Shown here: piece after piece, positions 1-9,386 of the stretch
How the letters are laid out: each line of letters begins with the position of its first letter
Numbering within the stretch: position 1 is the first letter of the stretch
Origin: Candidatus Saccharimonadota bacterium
GTDB lineage: Bacteria > Patescibacteriota > Saccharimonadia > Saccharimonadales > Saccharimonadaceae
Length of the DNA stretch: 32,000 bases
Direction: 5' to 3'
Assembly (NCBI GenBank): GCA_002421785.1
Contig: DIRZ01000003.1
Location: forward strand, 280,700-312,699
Notes under the pieces: generated by a model
Database searches by the model: none
Seen by the model: only the letters and a program-made list of their open reading frames with translations
What the model was told of the DNA's origin: nothing
Translations under genes and position numbers: made by a program

Positions 1-48
1 CCGTATCACGCTCAAGACTATACATACGACGATAGTGAATACTAAAAA

Positions 49-70
49 ATGGCTCCCGACAGGGAGCCAT
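49..70. terminator. Intrinsic terminator hairpin downstream of rplY, usable in both directions
   Basis: Perfect 9-bp stem ATGGCTCCC (49-57) / GGGAGCCAT (62-70) with a 4-nt loop. An A-run at 44-48 gives T5 after the stem on the minus strand, and TTTAT follows on the plus strand. It lies 20 nt beyond the rplY stop. Confidence 0.8.
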
Positions 71-89
71 TTTATGAAAGAGCTATTAC

Positions 90-818
90 CTACTCTGCTT
101 TTTCCGTATCTTCGCCAACTGGTGCTTCCTCGGCGCCGTTCTCGGCCTCTACAGCACTCTCGTCCGTAGCATCACCCGCCGCCGCTTCGTTAGCCGCCTG
201 CAACGCTCCCGGCTCATAGACGTTGGCGACAACAAGATCTGTCACCGATGGACGTTCTTCGCCCTCTTCTATATCTTCTTCGCTGCGACCATCATGATGC
301 TCAACGAATTCGACACCCTTTTCAAGCACAGCATCTGCAAGTGTTACGCGGTCACCAACTTCAGTGAGCCCCACAATCGAGATTTCGATTGCTTCAGGCA
401 AGTCCATTGGGAGTGCCTTAACCTGTACTTTATCGAGTGCCTGCAAGACAATCAGCCCGGCTTTTTCAGCAGCTGATTCGCCCTCACCAACCAAGTGAAT
501 CGGCACCTCGGCAACTACTGGCTCGTTTGCCTTTACGGCGTGAAATGAGATGTGGCGAATATAACCGTGACGTATTGGGTCATAGTCAACGTCCTTGATC
601 ATGGCGATGCGCTTTTTCGCACCAGTCAGCATCACGGGCGTGTGCTTGCCTGCAGCGGCAACAACCTTGCGCACTTCGCCTGAATCAGCCTGAACGGGTG
701 TTGCATCGACACCCTGGCCATACACAACGCCTGGCGTTAGGCCCTGTGCGCGGAGTGACGCGACTTTCTTTCCCTGCACCTCTCGCGCATCAATTCTCAG
801 TGTAATCTTATCTCCCAT
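90..818 (-). CDS. rplY: 50S ribosomal protein L25 / general stress protein Ctc (long form with acidic C-terminal tail)
   Basis: 242 aa. N-terminal L25 motif LRAQGLTPGVVYG, a Ctc-type second beta domain and an acidic Ala/Glu tail. SD GAGGAG lies 7 nt upstream of the ATG. TAG stop. Confidence 0.9.
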   Translation of the reverse strand: MGDKITLRIDAREVQGKKVASLRAQGLTPGVVYGQGVDATPVQADSGEVRKVVAAAGKHTPVMLTGAKKRIAMIKDVDYDPIRHGYIRHISFHAVKANEPVVAEVPIHLVGEGESAAEKAGLIVLQALDKVQVKALPMDLPEAIEISIVGLTEVGDRVTLADAVLEKGVEFVEHHDGRSEEDIEEGEERPSVTDLVVANVYEPGALQAANEAAAGDATDESAVEAENGAEEAPVGEDTEKAE

Positions 819-912
819 CTCTCTTCTCCTCTCTAGAGAATACCTTTACGGAGGTATATATACAATTAGTACTAATACTATCTTAACACTTTGTCGCGTT
901 CAATGCCACTCA

Positions 913-921
913 TGCTACAAT
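913..921 (+). promoter_or_regulatory. Extended -10 promoter (TGcTACAAT) for the DedA/YqaA-like gene
   Basis: TGC at 913-915 and TACAAT at 916-921, with only 10 nt to ATG 932. No SD fits in the gap. A weak -35 TTGTCG lies at 891-896. Confidence 0.5.
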
Positions 922-931
922 ATAGTGAGTT

Positions 932-1603
932 ATGAAATCACCCAAAAACGCACCAGACTTTAATGAATTCGAACAGACAAAGCCCGACTTCCTGTTGCTC
1001 GAATGGCTTGCAGCTCCAAGAAGATGGATGAGGCGAGCTTATTATTGGGTTGTCGGCTGGGCCGAAAAGCCTCAGGCCGAAAAAGCACTCGCAGGCCTCA
1101 GTTTTGCTGAAAGCTCTTTTTTTCCTATTCCACCCGACCCGCTACTCATTGCTATTGTCACAGCTCGCCCTAAGCAATGGCTGCGCTTTGCAACTATCAC
1201 GACAGTCGCCTCGGTCTTGGGGGGTATGCTCGGTTACATCATTGGCGCAGCAGCGATAAATGCCGTCATGCCAATTATCGTACAGGTTGGCTATGAAGAT
1301 GCTTACAAGTCCGCTGTCGAATGGTTCGCAAACTACGGCGCACTTGCCGTCATCGTTGCTGGATTCACCCCTATTCCCTACAAGATTTTTACCATTGCTG
1401 GCGGCGCAGCCGGTATGTCCATACCCTTGTTTCTTCTCGGTTCACTCATCGGGCGTGGTGGTAGGTTTTTCCTTGTGGCGTTCCTGATGCAGCACTTCGG
1501 CAGAAGGTATAAAGATAAAATTGAAAAATATATTGACGTGCTAGGGATTGCGTTCGTCCTTCTCCTCGTACTCGGCTTTGTTGTTATCAAATACGCGCTA
1601 TAG
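932..1603 (+). CDS. DedA/YqaA (VTT/SNARE-associated domain) family integral membrane protein
   Basis: 223 aa. Motif FAESSFFPIPPDPLL followed by several hydrophobic helices and YGALAVIVAGFTPIPYK, which is collinear with E. coli YqaA. TAG stop overlaps the uvrA stop. Confidence 0.75.
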   Translation: MKSPKNAPDFNEFEQTKPDFLLLEWLAAPRRWMRRAYYWVVGWAEKPQAEKALAGLSFAESSFFPIPPDPLLIAIVTARPKQWLRFATITTVASVLGGMLGYIIGAAAINAVMPIIVQVGYEDAYKSAVEWFANYGALAVIVAGFTPIPYKIFTIAGGAAGMSIPLFLLGSLIGRGGRFFLVAFLMQHFGRRYKDKIEKYIDVLGIAFVLLLVLGFVVIKYAL

Positions 1604-4417
1604 GGACCCGAGTAATACCTTAAGATATGCTCCTGTGTAGCTTGTTTCTACTTTGGCGACTTGTTCAGGAGTTCCAGTGGCAACAATCTGTCCGCCACCT
1701 TGTCCACCCTCAGGGCCTAGATCTATCAAGTGGTCCGCGCACTTGATCACCTCGAGGTTGTGCTCAATGATAATCATGGTATTTCCACCTTCAACGAGTT
1801 TTTGCAGAATTTCAAGTAACTTCTTAACATCAGCGGTGTGGAGTCCGGTCGTTGGCTCATCAAGAATGTACAATGTCTTGCCTGTGCTCCGACGGCTTAG
1901 TTCACTTGCGAGCTTGATACGTTGCGCCTCACCACCACTAAACGTGGTCGCAGGCTGACCCAGCGTAATATAACCAAGGCCAACATCATTAAGAGTGTCC
2001 AGTTTTCGTGCAATCGCAGGAATATTTTCAAAGAATTCACACGCTTGCTCAACAGTCATATCCAAAATATCACTGATAGTTTTACTTTTGTAGCGTATCT
2101 CGAGTGCTTCGCGGTTGTAACGCTTGCCCTTGCACTCATCACAAGTCACGTAAACATCTGGTAAAAAGTGCATCTCGATTTTGATCATGCCATCACCCTG
2201 ACAATTTTCACATCGACCACCCTTGACATTAAAGCTAAAGCGCCCGGCTTTGTATCCGCGGATATTAGCTTCAGGCGTACCCGCAAACAACTCTCGAATC
2301 GGCGTAAATACGCCCGTGTAGGTTGCGGGGTTACTGCGAGGCGTTCGGCCAATGGCTGACTGGTCGATGATAATCGCTTTGTCGAGCTGATTAATTCCCT
2401 CGATGTTTTCGTGTGCACCCGGTACGGCCTGGGCACGGTGCAGCCGAGCTGATAGTTCTTTGGCTAATATGTCGTTGACGAGCGTGCTCTTGCCGCTCCC
2501 ACTCACACCACTCACTACCGTCAGAATCCCTAACGGGAATTCAACATCAATGTTTTTCAGATTATTTTCGCGCGCACCACGAATAATAAGTTTTCGGTCT
2601 TTTTCAATCGCCCGTCGCTTCTTTGGCACCGGAATGTTATCGATACCCGAAAGATACCGTCCCGTAATACTATCAGGATTCTTCGCAACTTCGTCAGGCG
2701 TACCCTGAGCGACAATATGCCCACCATGAATACCTGCGCCCGGCCCAACGTCAACAAGATAATCAGCCTGGCGAATAGTGTCTTCGTCGTGCTCTACTAC
2801 AAGCACCGAGTTGCCGAGGTCGCGTAGATGCTTGAGCGTTCCAATCAAGCGGTCGTTATCACGCTGATGGAGTCCAATACTCGGCTCATCAAGAACATAC
2901 AAAACACCCTGCAACCCCGAACCGATTTGCGTCGCTAATCGAATGCGCTGCGCCTCACCGCCGCTCAATGTATTGGCAGCACGGGAAAGTTCTAGGTAGC
3001 TTAGACCAACGTTACTCATAAACCCAAGTCGAGCACGTACTTCTTTTTTGATTGGCTTCGCGATGAAGTCTTCCTCCGGCGTCAGCTTGAGATTATCAAT
3101 CAAATCAATAGCATCATCGACGCCTAGATTACACATTTCCATAATGTTAAACCCGTGAACCTTTACCGCCAACACCACGGGCTTCAGTCTCATCCCGCCA
3201 CATGCAGTACATTTCCGTTCACGCATGAAGCGCTCGATATCTTTACGCATGAATTCGCTGTCTGTTTCTTTGTGGCGTCGCTCAAGGTTTGGAATTACTC
3301 CCTCGTATGTTGAGTCGTAGTGACGGCCGCCGCTTAGTCGCACACGGTACTTCTGGCTTCCGGTGCCATAAAGGACTTTTTGCAAATCATCCGAGCTCAA
3401 CTGTTTCACCGGTACATGGATACTAAAGCCGTGCGCATCGGCGACTTCAGCCAGCCGTTTCATATACCAAGCATCGCTATTGACGCGATTGTAAGGACGA
3501 ATCGCCCCTTCTGCAATGGTTAAGTTTGGGTTAAACACTAGGTCGGGATCGATTTCGAGACGAGAACCAAGCCCGGTGCATACTGGGCATGCACCTTGAG
3601 GGGCATTAAAGCTAAATAGTCGTGGCTCCAGCTCGGGAATATCCTCTGACGGGTGGTCTACGCAGGCGTACCGTTGACTAAACGTATGAATATCACCAGT
3701 ATCTGCGTCAAGAAGCTGCACAACGCCACTGGCGATATCCAGCGCTTGCTCGACGGATTGCGTGACGCGGCTAACAACATCAGCCTTCATGACAATACGG
3801 TCGACGACGATTTCAATATCATGCTTATATGTTTTTTGCAGCTCAGGAAACTCATCGAGTGCATAAATAACACCGTCAACACGCGCCCTTGCGAAGCCGG
3901 TACGGGTATACTGCTCGGGGATATGCGCAAACTCTCCCTTTTTCTGATTAACAACTGGCGCCAACACAACGAGCTTACTGCCTTCAGGAAGTTTCATAAT
4001 TTCATCAATAATCGCCTGTGCCGTTCGGCGATGGACCGGCTTACCGCAAACAGGACAGTGCGGGACGCCTATGCGCGCGTAGAGTAGTCGCATATAATCA
4101 TAGATTTCCGTTACAGTTGCGACCGTACTGCGTGGGTTACGACTCGTGGACTTCTGGTCAATAGAAATTGCTGGACTAAGGCCATCAATACTGTCAACGT
4201 CTGGCTTATCCATAATCCCCAGGAACTGGCGAGCATAGCTGCTCAAGCTTTCGACATACCGACGTTGACCTTCGGCATAAATGGTATCAAACACAAGGCT
4301 CGATTTACCGCTACCGCTGAGGCCCGTCACAACAACGAGCTTGTCGCGAGGAATCTCAACGTTGACATCCTTGAGGTTATGTTCGCGCGCGCCCTGTACT
4401 CTAATCACTTCCGACAT
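1598..4417 (-). CDS. uvrA: Excinuclease ABC subunit A
   Basis: 939 aa. Two ABC modules with Walker [10 protein letters not shown] and GVSGSGKST, two LSGGEAQR signatures and CxxC zinc modules (CPVCG, CPVCTG, CTACGG, CENCQG..CDECKG). Confidence 0.98.
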   Translation of the reverse strand: MSEVIRVQGAREHNLKDVNVEIPRDKLVVVTGLSGSGKSSLVFDTIYAEGQRRYVESLSSYARQFLGIMDKPDVDSIDGLSPAISIDQKSTSRNPRSTVATVTEIYDYMRLLYARIGVPHCPVCGKPVHRRTAQAIIDEIMKLPEGSKLVVLAPVVNQKKGEFAHIPEQYTRTGFARARVDGVIYALDEFPELQKTYKHDIEIVVDRIVMKADVVSRVTQSVEQALDIASGVVQLLDADTGDIHTFSQRYACVDHPSEDIPELEPRLFSFNAPQGACPVCTGLGSRLEIDPDLVFNPNLTIAEGAIRPYNRVNSDAWYMKRLAEVADAHGFSIHVPVKQLSSDDLQKVLYGTGSQKYRVRLSGGRHYDSTYEGVIPNLERRHKETDSEFMRKDIERFMRERKCTACGGMRLKPVVLAVKVHGFNIMEMCNLGVDDAIDLIDNLKLTPEEDFIAKPIKKEVRARLGFMSNVGLSYLELSRAANTLSGGEAQRIRLATQIGSGLQGVLYVLDEPSIGLHQRDNDRLIGTLKHLRDLGNSVLVVEHDEDTIRQADYLVDVGPGAGIHGGHIVAQGTPDEVAKNPDSITGRYLSGIDNIPVPKKRRAIEKDRKLIIRGARENNLKNIDVEFPLGILTVVSGVSGSGKSTLVNDILAKELSARLHRAQAVPGAHENIEGINQLDKAIIIDQSAIGRTPRSNPATYTGVFTPIRELFAGTPEANIRGYKAGRFSFNVKGGRCENCQGDGMIKIEMHFLPDVYVTCDECKGKRYNREALEIRYKSKTISDILDMTVEQACEFFENIPAIARKLDTLNDVGLGYITLGQPATTFSGGEAQRIKLASELSRRSTGKTLYILDEPTTGLHTADVKKLLEILQKLVEGGNTMIIIEHNLEVIKCADHLIDLGPEGGQGGGQIVATGTPEQVAKVETSYTGAYLKVLLGSL

Positions 4418-4425
4418 GGGTTACT

Positions 4426-4431
4426 ATTGTA
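4426..4431 (-). promoter_or_regulatory. -10 box TACAAT for uvrA, 8 nt from the start codon
   Basis: The minus strand reads TACAAT-agtaaccc-ATG. The gap has no room for an SD. Confidence 0.5.
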
Positions 4432-4482
4432 CACTAATCAAGAGCTTTTTTCCAGTCTCCAGCATGCGGTGAGTTGTGAGAG

Positions 4483-4511
4483 TTGACCAAATTTAATATA
4501 CATGATATAAT
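4483..4511 (+). promoter_or_regulatory. Sigma70-type promoter for the 91-aa membrane protein gene
   Basis: TTGACC (4483-4488), a 17-nt spacer, then TATAAT (4506-4511). The roughly 30-nt leader has GGAG at 4533-4536, 8 nt before ATG 4545. Confidence 0.65.
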
Positions 4512-4544
4512 TCGCTAACACTTACGTCACCTGGAGCACACCTA

Positions 4545-4820
4545 ATGAAGAACCGCGTAATAATTGGCATCACCGGCAGCTTAGTACTTATCGCCATCAT
4601 AAATGGCAAGGTATTAAATTTGCTGCTTAGCTTTTTTCTCGTTGGAGTGGTTCCTGGTACTTCGTATTCCGTACCCTACTGGCTCATGATGGTCCTCTAC
4701 TGCTTTGGGATTACTACCCTGATAACCTATGTGGTTGAAAAAGCATATGCAGTTCGCTACACCATCAAAAAAGCCCACACCAAGTCTCGCCCAGCTCGAC
4801 GCAACTATAGCCATAGTTAG
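4545..4820 (+). CDS. Small hypothetical membrane protein (2-3 predicted TM helices, basic C-terminus)
   Basis: 91 aa. Hydrophobic segments IIGITGSLVLIAII, LLLSFFLVGVV and WLMMVLYCFGITTLITYVV. It has its own promoter and a well spaced SD. I recognise no family. Confidence 0.55.
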   Translation: MKNRVIIGITGSLVLIAIINGKVLNLLLSFFLVGVVPGTSYSVPYWLMMVLYCFGITTLITYVVEKAYAVRYTIKKAHTKSRPARRNYSHS

Positions 4821-6232
4821 TCATCAGCTGGCATAATCGACTCAGCCCATAGCTGCATTTCTTGCAGCACATACTGCTGTTCATCATTCGCGGTTTTTGC
4901 AATACGCTGAAGTGACTGCATGAACGTAGACAGTTGGCTTCGAAGCCGACTCGAACGCCACTCTTCCCAGGCTTGCATCTCAGCTTCATTCAAGGTACGA
5001 GGATAATTCCTCGCTTTATAGTGGAGCAAAAGGGGCTCGAGTCGTTTGTCGCTAAATTCAGGATGGTAATCAGCCAGCTGCTTCTCATCGGCGTTTCGCA
5101 CCGTTTCAACTCGCAGCTTGTCCCTGTCATTTAAAAAACCATCGTACAGTTGAGCTTCGGGGTCGGTGGATTTTTTGTATTCAGGTTTGGCTTCAAATAT
5201 ACTTCGAATATTTTCGGCGAAATGCGGATAAGCAAGTAACGTTTTCCGATGCGCTTCTACCACATCAGGCGAAAGGTGAATCTTTTCCCACCCATCGTCT
5301 TTGGTTAACACGCTAAGCGGCGCTACCGCCGGCGCACGGTTATACTGAAGCTCTTTTACTGGTAACTTTACAAACCCGGGCTCCTGGCGCTGTTCCCAAG
5401 TCGCATATAGTTTTGCCGCAAGCTCTTTTTGGGATAAATCCACGAATTCGGTTGGGTCATATCGCAAATCATAGACGACGACATTGTTATTTTTGCCAGC
5501 AGTGAGAGGAAACGCAACGGTCGTCTTTGCATGTTCCACATCATAGCGACCACTTGTGTAAACAAAAGGCTGCTTCGCCTCAAGATTAACGAGCGCTTGA
5601 ACGGCCTTTTTATCCCGCAACGTCAACAAATACGAATAAAGTTGCGGTTGCGCGGTTTTTATTAGTTTAGTCACCGCAATGAGCGCGTCAACGTCGCTTA
5701 GTGCATCGTGCGCCGATTCATGAGCGATATTATTTTCTTTGGTTAGTAGTTCAAGTCGATTCGTCGCGATACCCTTGTCGTCAACGGGCCAATTTATCCC
5801 TTCGGGTCGGAGCGCTCTTGTCATGCGGACAACGTCCAAAATATCCCATCGGCTACGCCCGTCGCGCCATGCCCATTCATAGGGGTCGTAAAAATTACGC
5901 CATAAGGTATGGCGCACAAACTCGTCGTCAAAACGAATGTTATTAAAACCAACCGCGATTGTGTCTTCAGTAAAGATTTCTTCAGCCAAGATACGGCAAA
6001 ATTGTGCTTCAGTGTAGCCTTCTTCAACTGTTTTTTGCGGTGTTATTCCGGTTACCATTAGAGCGTCAGGACTCGGTAGCGTGTCATCGTTCAACGCAAC
6101 CAACAGGTTGTACGGCTCGCCAATCGGATTAAGCGACATGTCAGTACGCCGCCCCGCAAATTGCATCACTCGGTCATCGCGCGCGCTTAAGCCGCTCGTT
6201 TCAAGATCGTAGAAAAAAAATGTTTGCGCCAC
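4817..6232 (-). CDS. sbcB: Exodeoxyribonuclease I
   Basis: 471 aa, collinear with E. coli ExoI. DEDDh motifs FYDLETSG, NNIRFDDEF and HDALSDV, plus NFYDPYEWAW..SRWDILDV and PEGINWP. The GTG start overlaps the upstream TAG (TAGTG). Confidence 0.93.
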   Translation of the reverse strand: MAQTFFFYDLETSGLSARDDRVMQFAGRRTDMSLNPIGEPYNLLVALNDDTLPSPDALMVTGITPQKTVEEGYTEAQFCRILAEEIFTEDTIAVGFNNIRFDDEFVRHTLWRNFYDPYEWAWRDGRSRWDILDVVRMTRALRPEGINWPVDDKGIATNRLELLTKENNIAHESAHDALSDVDALIAVTKLIKTAQPQLYSYLLTLRDKKAVQALVNLEAKQPFVYTSGRYDVEHAKTTVAFPLTAGKNNNVVVYDLRYDPTEFVDLSQKELAAKLYATWEQRQEPGFVKLPVKELQYNRAPAVAPLSVLTKDDGWEKIHLSPDVVEAHRKTLLAYPHFAENIRSIFEAKPEYKKSTDPEAQLYDGFLNDRDKLRVETVRNADEKQLADYHPEFSDKRLEPLLLHYKARNYPRTLNEAEMQAWEEWRSSRLRSQLSTFMQSLQRIAKTANDEQQYVLQEMQLWAESIMPADD

Positions 6233-6531
6233 TATTCAGCTCGCGGCGTCTTTTCGATAAACAAGGCTTCATTAAGCACTGCAAACATCTGTTCGCTAGT
6301 AAGGCCGTACCGCTCGGTCAGGATTGCTTGACCTGCTATAAACGCCTCTTCGTCACGCTCTGAGGGGCGAGAGCCGTCAATCGGTAATAGTCCAACCAAC
6401 GCTCGCAGGTCAGGATCTGCGTAAATTGCACGCTGTTGCTCAACGGGGACTTCGCCGAGCGTCCACTCTTCACGTGCCCCCGTTATCGTTTCGACACCTA
6501 TAGGATCTTTTGAAATTACTCGTTCAGCCAT
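6232..6531 (-). CDS. Hypothetical 99-aa protein translationally coupled to sbcB
   Basis: Strong SD GGAGGTGA (complement of 6534-6541) lies 3 nt before ATG 6531. The stop shares one nucleotide with the sbcB GTG. I recognise no family. Confidence 0.6.
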   Translation of the reverse strand: MAERVISKDPIGVETITGAREEWTLGEVPVEQQRAIYADPDLRALVGLLPIDGSRPSERDEEAFIAGQAILTERYGLTSEQMFAVLNEALFIEKTPRAE

Positions 6532-6556
6532 ATCACCTCCTCTAGTCAGTATCCCT

Positions 6557-6565
6557 ATTGTATCA
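6557..6565 (-). promoter_or_regulatory. Extended -10 promoter (TGaTACAAT) for the 99-aa ORF and sbcB
   Basis: The minus strand reads TGATACAAT-agggatactgactaGAGGAGGTGAtatATG. This is a leadered transcript with a canonical SD. Confidence 0.55.
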
Positions 6566-6595
6566 TACGGTAACGACGAGATTTGGCGGCTTCAG

Positions 6596-7885
6596 CTACT
6601 GCTCAACGAGAGGGAACGATTGCGAGTCACCAATTTGCACAAGACTTTCACCCTTTGCACCTGCACGAGAAAGTTCATGACTAATTCCCATTCTCTTCAT
6701 AATATCTCGAAGGCGGTTCACACTCTCGAACTGATCATAGTTGGTGCGTCGAGCGAATTTCTCGATCTTCTCGCCGAACACTCGATACACGTTTGCGTGC
6801 TCGTCGCGCTCCACCTCCCAATGCTCCGACAGCTGTTCGCCCGAAAGGGTGATAACGTCGGACTCCGCATCATCAACCTCCAGCTCAGGCTCCGCATCGC
6901 GCACCGTCTGTACTGCGGCTCGTAATTCGCGTAGTAAATCAGTAAGACCATGGTGGGACGCGGCGGAAATAACATGCACAGCAACCTTGTCACCTACAGC
7001 TTTCTTCAATGCGTCAACCTGCATCGCAATCATTTCTGCATCAAAACCTTCACTTTTTGTCAGTGCGACAACTTCTGGGCGAAGTGCGAGTTCAGGGCTA
7101 TATTTCTTTAGCTCTTCGCGAATAGTTTTGTAGCTCGTTGCTACGTCTTCACTGTAAATATCAATGAGATGCAACAATACCGCGGTACGCTCAACGTGAC
7201 GCAAAAACGCATCGCCGAGCCCCTTGCCCTCGCTTGCGCCTTCGATCAGCCCTGGAATGTCCGCAATCAAAATGCTTCCATCATCAATATCTGCCACCCC
7301 TAGGTTCGGAGTGAGGGTCGTAAACGCGTAATCAGCGATTTCTGGTCGCGCATTTGTCACTACAGAAAGAAAGGTAGATTTACCTGCGTTCGGGAAGCCA
7401 ACTAGTCCGACATCGGCAAGCAGTTTCAGCTCAAGCTCGGCTTCAAATGTATCGCCCGGCTCACCAAGCTCGGCCATTCGCGGCGTCTGGCGGGTACTAG
7501 ACTTAAAGTGCGCGTTCCCAAATCCACCATCTCCACCTTTTGCAATAACCACCCGTTCGCCATTGCGCGTGAGGTCGGCAATTATTTCACCATCGCGACG
7601 GACAAGCGTGCCCATCGGAACTTTGACAATCAAGTCAGTACCAGATCGACCAGCCATACGCTTTTTACTTCCGGCTGCACCGTCAGTTGCCTTTAATTCC
7701 GGCTTATAGCGAAAATCCAGGAGTGTATTAACATTTTCAGTTGCCACGAACACCACATCACCGCCGCGACCACCATCGCCACCGTCGGGACCGCCTTTAT
7801 CTACATAAATTTCATGACGAAAACTAACGGCCCCATCGCCGCCCTTGCCTGCTTGAACTGATACTTTTGCTGTGTCTACAAACAT
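6596..7885 (-). CDS. obg: GTPase Obg/CgtA
   Basis: Glycine-rich Obg fold (GKGGDGAVSFR, GGPDGGDGGRGG), G1 GFPNAGKST, G3 DIPGLIEGA and an OCT-like C-terminal domain. I chose the start MFVDTAKV at 7885; the ORF-track extension to 7996 runs through the promoter and terminator. Confidence 0.95.
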   Translation of the reverse strand: MFVDTAKVSVQAGKGGDGAVSFRHEIYVDKGGPDGGDGGRGGDVVFVATENVNTLLDFRYKPELKATDGAAGSKKRMAGRSGTDLIVKVPMGTLVRRDGEIIADLTRNGERVVIAKGGDGGFGNAHFKSSTRQTPRMAELGEPGDTFEAELELKLLADVGLVGFPNAGKSTFLSVVTNARPEIADYAFTTLTPNLGVADIDDGSILIADIPGLIEGASEGKGLGDAFLRHVERTAVLLHLIDIYSEDVATSYKTIREELKKYSPELALRPEVVALTKSEGFDAEMIAMQVDALKKAVGDKVAVHVISAASHHGLTDLLRELRAAVQTVRDAEPELEVDDAESDVITLSGEQLSEHWEVERDEHANVYRVFGEKIEKFARRTNYDQFESVNRLRDIMKRMGISHELSRAGAKGESLVQIGDSQSFPLVEQ

Positions 7886-7895
7886 TGTTCTTGTT

Positions 7896-7904
7896 ATTAT
7901 AACA
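7896..7904 (-). promoter_or_regulatory. Extended -10 promoter (TGtTATAAT) for obg, 10 nt from the ATG
   Basis: The minus strand reads TGTTATAAT-aacaagaaca-ATG. It directly abuts the upstream terminator. Confidence 0.55.
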
Positions 7905-7931
7905 AATACGCCCCTGATTTGACAGAGGCGT
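7900..7931 (-). terminator. Intrinsic terminator of the LysM-CHAP gene
   Basis: Minus-strand stem ACGCCTCTG / CAGGGGCGT is 9 bp with one G-U, which becomes a C-A mismatch on the plus strand, so the hairpin is strand specific. Loop is TCAAAT, followed by ATTTGTTAT. Confidence 0.7.
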
Positions 7932-7953
7932 ATTGTAATTACGTAATTATATT

Positions 7954-9132
7954 CTAGTGGATGTACTTGTACATGCCGCTCGTCGCGACGCCCCAAGAGA
8001 TCTCACCTGAAGCCACGCGGTTAAACCCGCCGCCCCATCGATACCCGTTCATTTCTGAGATTACGATAGAGATACCAGGATTAACGGATTCGACAATTGC
8101 GACGTGCCCATAGCCGCCACCGTTTTGCATAATTGAGCCAGGTGCGGGATTACCGTCTACCAGGTATCCTTGCGATGAAGCAGCGTATGCCCAGGTTGCA
8201 GCATTTCCCCAGAAACTTCCGACAGGACGACCGAGTTGAGCTCTTCGTTCATATACATACCACGTACAGTTGCCCCAAGCATATCGGTTGCCGACTGAGC
8301 CGCTCGCAAACGAGCCATAGTAGCTCGAAGTAGTGGTTGTTCGTGTTGGAGCGACATAGCCAGGCTGTTCGTTCGTAGGCAAGTCGCCACCAGGAATAAC
8401 AATTTGGGCACCGGCAGCAGGGTTCCCCGTTAACTCAAGGTCGTTAAACGCAATCAATCGATCACGATCAGCTTTGTATTTGCTGGCGATACTGTCAATG
8501 GTGTCACCCGCTCGTACGGTATAAACAACACCGTCAACTGGGGGAATTGTGAGTACTTTACCTGGATCAAGCGCGTCAACAGTGAGTTTGTTTGCCCATT
8601 TAATCGTTGTTGCTGAAACACCATACTTTTGGGCGACGAGCTGAACGGTATCGCCGGCCACTGTAGTGTACTCTTGTGAAGCACGGCTATCGGCGGTTGG
8701 CTGGACAATTTGCGGTTTAGAAATAACATTGGTGTCAGTCTGTGCGAGCGTACTTTCAATCGTAAGTGACTGTGAAAGGTTAGCCATGTTTGTCGAAATA
8801 GGCATGTCGGCACTTTCGGCAATGGTTGCGGCAATACTTGATGCCATCAATTGGTCAACCGACGCACCTTCAAGAGTCGCGGTAGCAGTAGTTGGCTCTG
8901 TAACCACACCTCCAACATTAGCGACAACTCCCTTGACGGGTGGATTGTAGCCCATTGCAATCATAGAAACAACAAGCAAAAATACGCCAAAATATGACGC
9001 GACAGTAGCGAAAGGTATGGAACTCTTAGATGACTTTGAGCGGACGGCAGTATTTGCCGACACACTCGCTGGAAATTCGATGGTATTCGCAGTAGCTTGA
9101 CTACTAGCGAGTGGTTGATTACGAATAATCAT
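7954..9132 (-). CDS. Membrane-anchored peptidoglycan hydrolase, 2x LysM plus C-terminal CHAP domain
   Basis: 392 aa. N-terminal TM FGVFLLVVSMIAMGY. LysM repeats YTTVAGDTVQLVAQKYGVS and YTVRAGDTIDSIASKYKAD. CHAP catalytic region GNCTWYVYERR ... GYGHVAIVESV. Confidence 0.88.
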   Translation of the reverse strand: MIIRNQPLASSQATANTIEFPASVSANTAVRSKSSKSSIPFATVASYFGVFLLVVSMIAMGYNPPVKGVVANVGGVVTEPTTATATLEGASVDQLMASSIAATIAESADMPISTNMANLSQSLTIESTLAQTDTNVISKPQIVQPTADSRASQEYTTVAGDTVQLVAQKYGVSATTIKWANKLTVDALDPGKVLTIPPVDGVVYTVRAGDTIDSIASKYKADRDRLIAFNDLELTGNPAAGAQIVIPGGDLPTNEQPGYVAPTRTTTTSSYYGSFASGSVGNRYAWGNCTWYVYERRAQLGRPVGSFWGNAATWAYAASSQGYLVDGNPAPGSIMQNGGGYGHVAIVESVNPGISIVISEMNGYRWGGGFNRVASGEISWGVATSGMYKYIH

Positions 9133-9350
9133 TCTCCTGTACCCTTATTACTAGGGGTACCACTACCTCACTCAGTCTTACTCACTTTTCAGTGAAAGGA
9201 CACACGTGTCGACCTGTTTTATTAATTTGTATTATAAAGCGTGCTTATTTCGGTGTCCGTGCGACTTTTAAAGGTAGGCACAATTGTACGTTTTGTTTTC
9301 CCACCGCTTATAGCGACTAATGAATAGTGGCATATAGGCGACAATGTGCT
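9133..9350 (-). promoter_or_regulatory. Long (about 215 nt) structured 5' leader of the LysM-CHAP gene, a candidate cis-regulatory RNA
   Basis: Distance from the promoter at 9357-9386 to ATG 9132. Contains a GNRA-loop hairpin TCACT-GAAA-AGTGA (9182-9195), the palindrome ACACGTGT (9202-9209) and the hairpin GTACCC-n10-GGGTAC (9139-9160) abutting AGGAGA-ATG. Confidence 0.4.
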
Positions 9351-9356
9351 TTTTTG

Positions 9357-9386
9357 AGTATAGCACTCGAGCGCCTAATTAGTCAA
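9357..9386 (-). promoter_or_regulatory. Sigma70-type promoter far upstream of the LysM-CHAP gene
   Basis: The minus strand reads TTGACT (9386-9381), an 18-nt spacer, then TGcTATACT (9365-9357). It is the best promoter match in the 292-bp spacer. A weaker alternative, TATAAT, lies at complement 9232-9237. Confidence 0.55.

Noticed and set aside
819-860. An rplY leader element: the 10-bp palindrome TCTCTAGAGA (830-839) overlapping the SD region, the hairpin TACCT-n6-AGGTA (841-856), and a CCUCC anti-SD-like string, considered as an L25 autoregulatory structure.
   Set aside because: Only about 4 bp of CCUC:GAGG pairing with the SD is possible, and the hairpin is 5 bp. The palindrome cannot fold on itself. 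Without comparative data this cannot be distinguished from chance.
7886-7996. N-terminal extensions given by the ORF track for obg (to 7996), metG (to 23542), mnmA (to 18687), rsmA (to 25662), the 278-aa ORF (from 13723) and the 84-aa ORF (from 16850).
   Set aside because: The extensions run through promoters or terminators, or into neighbouring genes, and have non-protein-like sequence. The internal Met in each case aligns with the conserved family N-terminus: MFVD for Obg, MGKNLYITT..HIGH for MetRS, the PP-loop for MnmA and LGQHWL for RsmA.
9133-9350. A c-di-AMP (ydaO/yuaA) riboswitch upstream of the CHAP hydrolase.
   Set aside because: The genomic context fits, but I cannot find the conserved ydaO core strings (GGGGACCCA, GGGGUGAAUC, CCCGAAUCCGNCAGCUAACCUCGUAAGCG-like). 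I therefore do not assign this class. An Infernal scan would be decisive.
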